64,000 bases of DNA, taken from NCBI RefSeq assembly GCF_964355755.1, contig NC_092674.1, positions 10,974,001 through 11,038,000 of the forward strand. The letters are read 5' to 3'. The DNA is from Antedon mediterranea. Lineage: Eukaryota; Animalia; Echinodermata. The position numbers and the translations under genes are program-made. Under the pieces are notes generated by a model. It did no database searches. It was not told where the DNA came from and worked only from the letters and a program-made list of their open reading frames with translations. Positions 26,452 through 38,200 of this stretch are shown here, in pieces (positions within the stretch are counted from its first letter, which is position 1; each line of letters starts with the position of its first letter).

Positions 26452-26469
26452 AATTTGGGTCTTCCACCA
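26452..26469 (-). other. Putative tRNA primer-binding site
   Basis: Minus strand TGGTGGAAGACCCAAATT immediately after the 5' LTR CA end; cognate tRNA not assigned. Confidence 0.6.
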
Positions 26470-27093
26470 TGTAATATAATGTTGGGTTGTTGAGGTACTA
26501 ATGAAGGACTCTGACTCGCTTGACTGTCGTAATACATATATTGTTTATTCAATAATATTTCAGTACAATATACAACTATAAGTATAGATAAGGAACGCGG
26601 AGGATCAATGATGCTGTCGGTGAGGTGTGAAGTGTGTAGGTCTGCTGTGAGGTGTGTGCTCCGTGAGGTGGCTGTAAGGTGTGTGTTCCGTGGCGTGGTT
26701 GTAAGATGTGTCTGGGCCCTTCTGAAACTTGGGGGTATATTGGCTCAGTTCATTTGCATAATGTCATTACGTAATCTGTGAGGGTAACGATTGGTCCTAA
26801 GTTGGTCCAGGGGTGTTTAAGTGGGAGTGATTGATCTTATCTGGGGAGGTTACAATGATGAATTGGCCCTGTCAAATCTCTGCTTAAAACTGTCAGAATC
26901 TAATTGTTTTACGATGGGAACGGTCGCAAAATTAAGCTAAGTGTTTTCTTTAGGGATTCTATTATAAACTAAATGGTCATTAAAACATCTGGACAAACTC
27001 TCCTTCGGACTTTCTGGGTCAAGTTTGTGAACCTATTTAAATTCCGATACAAAGGTCAATTTCTTAAATATAACAGTATATCATTATATCACA
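26470..27093 (-). repeat. 5' LTR (624 bp)
   Basis: Direct repeat of 23782-24405, followed on the minus strand by the TGG-starting primer-binding site. Confidence 0.92.
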
Positions 27094-27272
27094 GTAACCT
27101 CCACATACCATTTCACCAGTTTTCAATATCGTGCTAACTTTTATCATCGTATTATCAGAGAGTATTATACTCATAACCGTCATCATTGTCACTGTGTCTT
27201 GAATTTGTCCGATAATTATCATCGTTGACTTCAGCATTCTCACCAGTTTCCAGTGGTCTTCAACATCGTGCT

Positions 27273-28076
27273 GTCATTGTCCTCTCACAGCCATAACTAA
27301 AACCGTCATCATCGTCACTGTGTCTTGTGTCTTCCGATCGCATTTGTCCGATGAATTCTCATCGTTGACTTCATCATTCTCATCAGTTTCCAGTGGTCTT
27401 CAACATCGTCTGATGTTTCTCATCATAGTTATTTTTTACCTCATTTCAATGAGGATGATGCCAATATACGATGTTGGAGATCACTAAATACTGATGAGAA
27501 TAGTAACAAGTGACCATGATAAAGAACATAGGACAATCCGATAGGAAAACCGCCACAATGATAACGGTTATGTAATGTCAATGAGGATGATGCCAATATA
27601 CGATGTTGGAGACCACTAAATACTGATGAGAATAGTAACAAGTGACCATGATAAGGAACATAGGACAATCCGATTGGAAAACCGCCACAATGATAACGGT
27701 TATGTAATGTCAAGTCAAGTCAAGTATCATTATTATCATTTGTTTTAAGAAAAAACATAGGAATTCTGTTTGCTCTGTTGGCGGAGCACAATATCCAACG
27801 GACACAACACGAACTCAAAAACATTACAAACAAAATGTCTACATTACAATGTTGGAGATCACTAAATAGGCCTAGTGATGAAAATGGTCAAAAATAACTA
27901 TGATGAGAAACATCAGACGATGTTGAAGACCACTGGAAACTGATGAGAATGCTGAAGTCAACGATGAGAATTCATCGGACAAATGCGATCGGAAGACAAG
28001 ACACAGTGACGATTATGATGGTTATAGTTATGGCAGGGAGACAACTCCCTGGTTATGGCTGTGAGAGGATAATGAC
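27273..28076. repeat. Foldback structure: ~170-190-bp inverted arms (27273-27440 / 27886-28076) enclosing a 132-bp tandem duplication (27446-27710)
   Basis: For example TTCCAGTGGTCTTCAACATCGTCTGATGTTTCTCATCATAGTTATTTTT is the reverse complement of AAAAATAACTATGATGAGAAACATCAGACGATGTTGAAGACCACTGGAA. Confidence 0.85.
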
Positions 28077-28369
28077 TGTTATATTACTGTTTTTTTAAAA
28101 ATTGTTATTATATTTTCTTATGGATGAATAAAAAGAACTTAAACTATTGTATTAACATATTCTGATTCTACCATAACTTCTTAAATACATAACACATCAT
28201 TGGCCACCTCAATAAAATGTCTAACATAATGTAGGCCTATAAATACGACAGCATTATATCCTTGAAAAACAAACACGTCATACACGCGACGGTAGTGTAG
28301 GCCTATAGCCTATCCCATTCACCCTCCCCAATCACGACGCAAGATGATAAAGAAGACATAAGACAGAAT

Positions 28370-31300
28370 ATCATTCGCAAAGACTTTATTTAGGTATAGG
28401 ACGTATACGTCTTCAACGTTTACGTCAGAACATCAAGCAATCCAATAAAATCTGTCACAATCTAACATGCGATTTTCATACAACTTAAGAAGACATACAT
28501 ATGGTACATTTATCTGAAGCTATTATTAAAATTTAATGCCGTTAGACATCGTCCACATGTATTATTTAAATATGTACAATCATTATATTAATATTCAGAA
28601 ATAGCTACAGTCTATCTTTAAAACGGATATCATCAGTATTTTACACAACACATTTATACAAGACCATTTTGAAATTCATTATCGACAGCAGCATTCCATC
28701 GAGTTCATTTAAAAAGAAAAATATTGGTATAGACACAGTATTCATAGAGTAAAGATTAAGAGCATTATTTACTAATTATAAACATCATTCATTAAAATAA
28801 TGAAATTATACTCAAACATTGACAAAAGGACGTCTTTATGAGTTGACACATGGCATCGGATATAACCCCGCCTTTGGTAAAACCATAAGCCCATCACCAA
28901 ATATAAAGTTATTTTCACATAAATGACACTCCACACCCTATCACTAGGTAATCGGATACAAGCCCTCCCTGTCCACAAATACAGGTATAATGTCATTTCA
29001 TTATAAATGAAATGATATACTGTATAGGCCTATTATGTGGTTGTTATAGACCTACAGTATCTAACCACATAGTTTTCACTATAAAGAGTAACAGCTGGAG
29101 GAATATACCGAGTCAATATGGTATTCCAAAAGTAAAATAATAATACCAACAAATGTACCAAAACCAATGAAATAATAGACCAGACAACCAAAAACAAAAT
29201 ATTAAAAAAAGTAACTTGTCATGCATAAAAATAAATCTTATCATTATAGTGTATTTTTATATAAACAATTACCTCTAAAAATAAAAGAATTATTTTTTAA
29301 AATAAAGTTAAAATCATTCTTTTTACCCGTTGCATTGATTAGTTTATTAATAGGTATGTTTTACTTTCGATATAGCTTGAGTATTGCCAAAATTAAAACA
29401 AATATACATAAATAATTAGTACAGTCACCAATACTGCCGTCACCATTAGAAAATGTGCAGATAAAATATTGTTAAAATTCTCCATAACACCATTTCCCAT
29501 AAAACTTTACAATTGAAATTTACTTAAGCTAAATTATTGATCTGATGATACCATGTGTACATTGATAGACCACACAATAAACCAACATTACAAGGCAATT
29601 GTCCATTTATTTTTTAAAAATATATATGGTATATTTTATATCATATATTATTTTTTGCTGTTTTTTATTTTGTGTATGTGTACATTGTAAGACATATTTT
29701 TGTATTCTGTGTACCGTGCATGCAATGTAACGTATTCTTGAAGGATGAATAAATGTTTTAAATATTGTGAATCTTGAATTCCTTTATCACATATATGTGT
29801 AGTATTTTATAAGTAGTTGATCCATTCACTTTAAAAATGTATTTTATTGTATAGCTCTCATGGACTATGTAACAACTATTTTACTGCAGCTACTGCAGTA
29901 AACAGCATTGTTTGACTGAAATAATGTATGATCTTGGATTCAATGTGGTATGGTAGTTACTGCAATGTGTGTATATTACCTTAGCTTGCTAAATAATTGC
30001 ATATATTTGTTAAGAGTAATCAAATGTAATTACTGCAGTAACTACAGTAAATAATGTTGACATGGTTCCTAATACAAAAAAACATGTGTATTAATAATGT
30101 GATGTTGATATGACAATGTTATGAATTGTCTAAAGTTTAGTTTTAACATTATCCTTTAAAAAGGATTATATATTAAATCTCACTTGTAGTTCTAGGCAAT
30201 ATTAAATAGCACAAATGGTATAGAGCAGCGCAGAGAAAAGTGTAGACAGATCATAAATTAATAAGAATATTAAAAAGATTAATTTTAAAAGAGAAAATTA
30301 GTAAAAAATATCAAACTATACAAGCTTTTAAAATGTTAAAAAAGCTATCATTATTTATAATTAAAGAATAAAATACAGAACAAAATTAAAATTATACTAT
30401 AGTAATATTCGTAGGCACAATAGTGAATAATAAAAAAGAACATTTATATCACACACTGTTATGGTAACAAGATTAAACTTATACAAATGATTATAATAAG
30501 CAAATTATAAGTTAATCAAAAACAGCCAAATAGTAGAAATAACCTTTAATCAAAGGGACATGTGTCAATATTGTTCAACATTGGTATTAAAAATAAAAAC
30601 AAATTAAGGATGCAAGGATGAATTAGAGCATTGGCCAAAAGTCACAAACCTTCAAATATATATATCAGGTTTTTTTTTCATGTTAAGATTATTGAATAAC
30701 CTCATGATTAACCCCTATACTACTAAATGTGTGAATATCTTCATTGTTGCACAATCATTCACATTTTGCAACATTATACAATTTGCACATTGCCAGCCAA
30801 CAAGAATTAATGTGTTTACATTATAATCAACTATAGTACACTGTAAGGTTGGTACGTATATATAGCAACATCTTCATATGCCAAATGTCAATTTAATAGA
30901 CACAAGAATCATCGCTTGATTGACTTTTATATCTCATCAGATTTCTCTTGTGTTCATATTGTAGTACAGTAACCTCTTGGTAAAGTTATTTATTAGCCAA
31001 TTCTTTGTACTGTGTCTATAATTTGTCAGTATCAGCCAATTTCTTTAATACTGTGTAACATATGTATCACATGTGATGCCTGTACCATAAGCCATACACC
31101 TAACCATAACATAATACAGGATCCACATGTGTTACACCTGCATAACAGAAGTTTCCTATGATACAGTACAGTCAACCAGGTGAAATGATAGATTATACAA
31201 GAAGTTTTAAAACCAAAGCAGCAATATGATATGTACAGTGTATGTTTGACATTGCAGAGCTTACAATAATTGTTTAAAGCGCTATATAAGATTCTGGTAT

Positions 31301-32125
31301 TATCAAAATAAAATTTTAAAATTTTATACATATTTGTGAATAATTTACAAATGGCATTTACAACGTTAGTTTTGATTTAATTTATTTACTTGTTATATCT
31401 ATTATTATCCCTCTCTCATCCAAAATATTCTTAAATTCTCTCCAGCAGGAGGAACTGGGAAAACATCGGGAAAGCCTTAATTCCAATGGAATAGGGAAAT
31501 CTTCATTACTGTTGTCACTGATTAATTTATTATTAACACCTATTAAGATTTAAAAGGTTTCAAATTGTTGAAACTTTCTTTCTTTTAAACTGTTTTAAGG
31601 ATGTTCCCTGGCACATCAGAATTCCTTATAAGAGATATTAGAATTCCTCTGCAACATTATAGCACCACTCTTCAACCTGAATCATAAAATCTATTGAATT
31701 AATATACACATTTAGTAAACTATGTTTTCTTGCTGGTAATAGATCTGTTTGCTAAACAACAAAGGTGTCACTCTATTCAAATTGATATTGTCACTCAGTA
31801 TAGTAACTATGTCTTTCATGTACATCCATAAGGTTTTATTATATGCGAGGAAATTGTGTAGATTATTACTGATCACACTCTTAGTTTCATGGTGGGAGTG
31901 GGAGTGTAATCGACTACTAATCAACTGAATAGCGCCCTCTATAGAGGTGATACAGATCATATTGCACTGAATCAACTGAATGAATGACGATACGTTTATA
32001 AGTACACAACTGGTTCTATAAAACTTTATGGACAATACATATTGGGCCAGCCAACTCAGATTTAAAGCATTATTAAACTCATTGAAAAAATGCTGGTAAA
32101 GAAGTCCAGTTTGTTTGAGAGGACA
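28370..32125 (-). other. Possible long 3' UTR of the JIP3/4 gene
   Basis: AT-rich sequence after the stop codon ending near an AATAAA (minus strand, 28385-28390); other AATAAA sites occur earlier, so the end point is uncertain. Confidence 0.3.
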
Positions 32126-32241
32126 TCATTCCGATACTCCAGTCACTTGCCAAACTATAAGATGACTTCGTTCAGATCTTGTTTGTTTGTTCTGCATATC
32201 GCCAAGGTTACTGGCTCCCGTCTCCTCATCTTCATCATCAC
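32126..32241 (-). CDS. MAPK8IP3: JIP3/4 last coding exon (…[16 protein letters not shown])
   Basis: Acceptor at 32243-32242, TGA at 32128-32126. Confidence 0.9.
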
Positions 32242-35200
32242 CTGAAAATATTAAAATAAAATTATTGAATATTGAGTGTGTGCAATGGTTTTTAGTTTAA
32301 CTGAAAACTGAGGAAATTCAGATAGAATAGACTGTAGTGTCTCCGTGGCCAAATTTCAAGCGCCATATTGTTTTAATCTCGTACCTTCAGGACTGCAAAT
32401 GTGTTATAAAACAAAGAATAAATGTTTTGTCAAAAACCAATGATGTTAGATATTTTTTCGGTTACGTACACAGAATTCAAAACACCAGGGCTATTTGACT
32501 GCAAATGAACATGCCGAATGTAATTAAATAGTGTCTTATCAACTTTACAATGACATTGCCAAGAAATTAATCTATTTTTCTGAGACATCCTTTTCAAAGT
32601 CCAAATTCATTTCCTTTAAAGAAGCATTAAATGGTATTTTTTTATAGTTCAGTTGATTCAAGGATCTATTTTCGGCAGAAAATTTCAAAAATAGAAACAG
32701 AAATGTGAGTGTTAATGTACTGACGAGGACTGTGAATAAGATGCCAATTTTGTACGCACATTAAATTGTAAATGTAAAATTAGCTTTATAAAGTTGTTGA
32801 TATCAGAAAAGGAAATATACAGACATTCTACAGATGTCATAAATTCTATAAATATGTCTTGAGGCATTCATTAATATATTTGAAAAGTACTGAGCATGGT
32901 TCAATAATTGCTTGGAAACTGGTTTTACCGGCAAATATGGGTGGTTAAATTTGTAGATTTTCATGTTCGTCCGGCTCACTTTACATGTCTGAATAACTGT
33001 TAAGTTTTTAAACTTATTTTTTTCCGGTCAAATTCAATTTTCACAAGGTTAAATTTGAAAAAGTGTACTGGTATTGGGGAAAAAAAATTAAACCTAGTTC
33101 TACAGAACTAGTAGAAAAAAACAATCCCAACAGTGAAAAATTTGAGTTTTTAAAGTATTTCCAAAACTATAGAGGGCACTATAATTTTATGAAATTACAT
33201 CCAAAGAGGCATTATAAAAAAAAACATCAACATTGGACATTTATATTTTTAAGCATATTGTAAGGGCGTGTGGCGTAGTGTATCGGACGTTAGACTATTG
33301 ATCGTAAGATCAAGTACAATGCTTGCTGCGTTGCTTGTAGTCTTAGGCAAGCACTTTGCTTCTCTCCACCCAGGTGTACAAATGGGTACCTGGCAAAACA
33401 ACTGCGCTGAGGCTGCATTATGGGAGTATGTCTCCATTTGTGTTTGATCCAAAAATGACCGGGGTAATAACGTGAAGTACTTTAAACACTATAAAAGAAT
33501 GGAAAACCATAATAAAATAATGTGTATAGGCTCTTTCGAAAGTGTGGCATATGCCAGTGTGCTGGGAGACTTGAGATCACTCAAGTTAAAGAATAAGAGG
33601 AAAATGCTAAGCTTCTTGTTGGATTTTACCTTGTCTAAAATCAATGTAGCCTTCTCCTCCACTGAGTACCAAGATATTTTTACTAGATTGCTCATCTGCC
33701 GTTAATGGAACACCACTTGATGACGTTGATCTAACATTACTTGCAATTCCTGTAATCATTAAACAGTTTATTATCAATTACTATTTCTTCATATAGAATG
33801 TGTTTCCAGTTTTCCCTTTAGGTTATTACAGGCCATAAGTTGTAAAGGCCAGAATAGTCTGAATGTAACATTCAGATTTAGGAAAATGCAATCAATAATA
33901 ATAGAAAAATAGAGCATATTGAAAGTAAAACACAATAGAAAATTGATAAAATATGTTCAATCAGTGTGTGTTTGTTTCATCTATCTATCTATTTTAAAAG
34001 TTTACACAAAATGTATTATTAATGACTAAATGGTAGAAAATGTATGCTAATTGCTATTGTGTGTTTACCTACTGTATACTGTCTAGTTGTATTAAGTCAA
34101 ATAGCTGTCTAGAACCTAGATCTAACTGTCTACAATAACATTTTAAAGGAATATATCATCACATCACAAATAGCATTAAATCATTAATAAGGATTAAACT
34201 CAATATTAGACTAGGCACTGCTGTTTTCTTTGTTATAAAAATAAGTAAATAAATAAATAAAATGGTAAAGCATTAAACTGTTACTATTGTAGCCCAATTT
34301 AAAAATAGAATGTTGCAGGTGTCTAAACATCCCAGGTGTCTAATATACATATTATTTGTAAAAAACCAGCGGACAATAAATGGTCTTAATGGCAAAGGGT
34401 AGGTGCAAGAAAGTAGCGGTATTGGGCCAGGTGCCAATAGGTGGCAACAAGTCTTGTGGCTTAGGTAGCTCAGGCGGCCAATGTTAAATATGTTGCTACA
34501 ACATTTTTAAGTATCAAAAGAATAGTAGTTAGGAGTTATTTATCATTCTTGCAATTTATTTGAAATACTAAAAAAAAAAACAATGCAACAACGTAACATA
34601 GATTTTCAAAATGAATCTTATCAGTTTGTTATGGATCACTTTGGATGATGTGGAAAAAGAATGAAGGCGCTTTGCAAGCACTGCTTCAGCATGTTAACAA
34701 ACAGTTGATTAGTTCTATCTAGATTCACAGCAAACATTTCAAACAGTTAATAAAATGATTATCACACAGTGTTTCTACTCAAATTAATATGAGATTGTCA
34801 TGATGACCTATTCTTAGTGGTTCCCAAACTTAGTGAATAAGATGGTTCCTCTAGTAAGCAATAATTGCGGATGTGATGGTTAATTATATGTCAACTGTAG
34901 AAAGATGCTCAAAGTGAAGTGACATCAGATCAGATCAGAATCCAGATGGTATTGGATAAAATAGATAGATTCTATTGAACCATCTATTCCAGAGATGCAT
35001 TCAGTTGATAAAATACATCGGAAAATGGGGCCAGGTTTTCGCAGCCAAAACAACATTATCGGTTATTTTTTTAACCAGTTGCCCAATCACATCGCAACAA
35101 TTTGTCCTTCAGGTCAAAAGTAAAAAATTTATCGCATTTATCCGATAATTTAAATGAGATAATTATCAGTTAATTTTTCTCATTGGCATCAGTTAAACTC

Positions 35201-38200
35201 TGCTTCCACAGGCAGTTTATCAGTTGATTATTGTTTAATTTTTATCGATTAATTAACGGTTAAATTTTGGCTGCTGAAACACGACCCGAGACACTTCTGG
35301 GACTTTACAAAGTTACCCCTTAACAAGGGTGTCCGCCAAATAGGGGTGGACTGTATGTTAAAACATTCATATGTTAGCCCCTTGTTTGTTCCTTGTTGTT
35401 AGGAAAATGTCCTATTAATAGGTGTTCCTTGAATAGGACAACAGTGTGGGTTCTACTGTATAATAAAAAAAAATAAAAATAGAGTTGTTTGCTTTATGAT
35501 GTACAGTAAATGACCGCTTTATGATGTACAGTAAATGACCGCTTTATGATGTACAGTAAATGACCGCTTTATGATGTACAGTAAATGACCGCTTTATGAT
35601 GTACAGTAAATGACCGCTTTATGATGTACAGTAAATGACCGCTTTATGATGTACAGTAAACGATGTGCAAAAAAATACAGTGTAATAGAAATAAACTATT
35701 ACAATACTTGACATGGTTGATAATTTATGCTATGATGATTTTATAATGATTAATCATAACATTTCACACACAAAATGACAAATGTAAGTGAAGAACAGAA
35801 GAATTAAAAAAATTGCATAAATAAATATAATATAAAAATAGATAAACAATTCATCAAGTTATCTATTTTTAGATAATTGTGATAATTCAAATGATATTTT
35901 AAGTCCGTAAATTGCCAAACAATCTATTATAAGAATATAAGTCAGAAGACAGTGTCATCTGATAGTAATCCATCATATCAATTAATACATTATGCATAAT
36001 AAAATACATAAAAGGTAAAAAAAATACATATTATTTAGAAACTTAAAAACATAATAATGTTTATGGAAGGAAGGATTGCAGTAAAGTATATAAAATTAGT
36101 CTTAAAAAGGATCATTTATCTTGAGATACACTGTATTCTTAAGATCAGAGATAGCTAGGATATGATTTGATTTTTTATTTACAAAGATTAAAAACAACTT
36201 ATACTAAAATACTTCAAGTTCAAAATGTGCAAGAATGTACATAAATCTGTTCCTAAAGTCCAGCTAAAATCCCATTATATATTTTGTTCATGCTTATTCT
36301 CTAACGTGATGACCAAAAGTACCCAGTTTACTACAATACAGTACAGCATTTTTGCGAGCATAAAGAATTATATCTACACAAACACAATCTTGCTTTATGT
36401 TTCCATGAAAGAGTACAAAAAAGGTTCCCTTTACATCTGTACAGTATATTATATACTGTATATTCTTCAGTGTGTAAAAGTAATCTCCACAAAAATTCCA
36501 TCTCGAAAAGAAGCCCATCTCAAAAGAAGCCCATCTCAAAAGAAGCCCACCTCAAAAGTCCATGGGCTTCTTTTCGAAGTTTTTTTTATGGTATATTGCT
36601 TGTATATAGTACAGCAGTTGAACTACTAGAGCATCATTCCTGCCAAACACTCAGACTATGACAAATACAGAGAGAACCAGTGCATGCGCAATATCAATTT
36701 TGCTTTAGGCTTATTCAGTCAAAAGAAGTTTTATCAACCCTTATTACAATACTATTCTATACTAAACATTATATGGAATGTATAAACATTATATAGATCA
36801 TTTCAAATGATATAAATGTGTGGTGGTGAACATTCTCGTTTATTATATAAAATATGGGGCAATCAGACATGTGGTAAATTCTTATTTCAACTTTATACAC
36901 AAGTCGAGAATATGTGATACACAGAGGCTACTCATTTCAGAGTTAATAGTTCTGTATCTGTCAGTTTTCTATGTGTATTTGTCAATTTGAATTTCTGGGA
37001 TACCTGGAGGTCAGATACAGAAACCAATTAGGTTGAAGAGTGCGTTCTACTCTAGTTCTTCTATATAACTATGTAATTAGTTCACATTAATGAAGAAGAA
37101 TGATAGATGAGGTCTAGTAAGAGAGTCTCTACTTTTTACCTTCTTTCAGGTTTCTCCACACGCTCATGCCGTAACTTATCACACCCTTTTCTATAACTTT
37201 AGGATATGAATGAATAGTATTTGAAATATATTAGTATTGTTCTGTCCACCTGTGTTAGTGAAATTAGCATATTAGTCATGTGTACAACCTCAAAAATGGG
37301 TTTCGCATTATTTATATACTTCATGTTCTTTAAATAACACCAGATAGGGAGAAGGCAAATCAAGGGTGTAAATAATTGGGCAACAAAATAAGTAGGTACT
37401 GTACTCTGTATTTGAAAAGAGAGGGAGAGAAAGGGAGATGGGTGGTGGGAGTTTGGCAAGTAAAGCTTTCCAAAATTGCTAGTATAAACAAATTACAGAA
37501 AACTATAAACTTATTTATTTAGTTATTCAGCAAACTTCCTTGATTGCAAAATGTCTTTATAATACAGTATATCAATATCATCTCACATATAAACTACAAA
37601 AGCCACCGATATTTTATTCATCATTTTTATGAATGTTATGCACTAATACTAATCATACACCTGTAGTACTAAAATATGCAAATTCTAATATAAAAATAGA
37701 CCATCATTGACACCCATTCATTTATATAAAAATACATCATTGCAACCTACAGTACATATTTGTATACACTGACTGTTAACACAAAACAGTATCCTTATCG
37801 ACAATACAACAACAAAAAAGAAATTTCGAAATTTAATTTAGGTGCAAGTGAACAATGGGTTATGTCACTACTACCAAGATTTCCTGGGTCATCAGTCTAA
37901 AACTGTATATACACAGCAAACATAGAAAAGAAGACTTTTACAATACAAAACCACAGTAAAGCTTCAACTATCAATACTAATGTTAAACTAAACTTGATAT
38001 TTTAATTTAAATTGATTTAAAAAAAATTCAAGTTTACTATCAATCCACATTAAATTAAATCTCTAATATACTGTCTAGTTGTTATTTGAGGGCGGAAATG
38101 TATGACTGTTTATATACCAATATCTTAATCATTATCATAACTTTCATTTATAAATTTAGATATGAAAATTCAGTTTAAAATTTGTATAATGCAAGATCAG

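Larger units (their letters stand above)
23782..27093 (-). mobile_element. Non-autonomous LTR retrotransposon (Gypsy-like, 3.3 kb)
   Basis: 624-bp direct repeats with TG..CA ends; 4-bp TSD GTAA (23778-23781, 27094-27097); PBS-like TGGTGGAAGACCC next to the right LTR; polypurine tract next to the left LTR; 2.06-kb interior with no gag-pol ORF. Confidence 0.9.
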
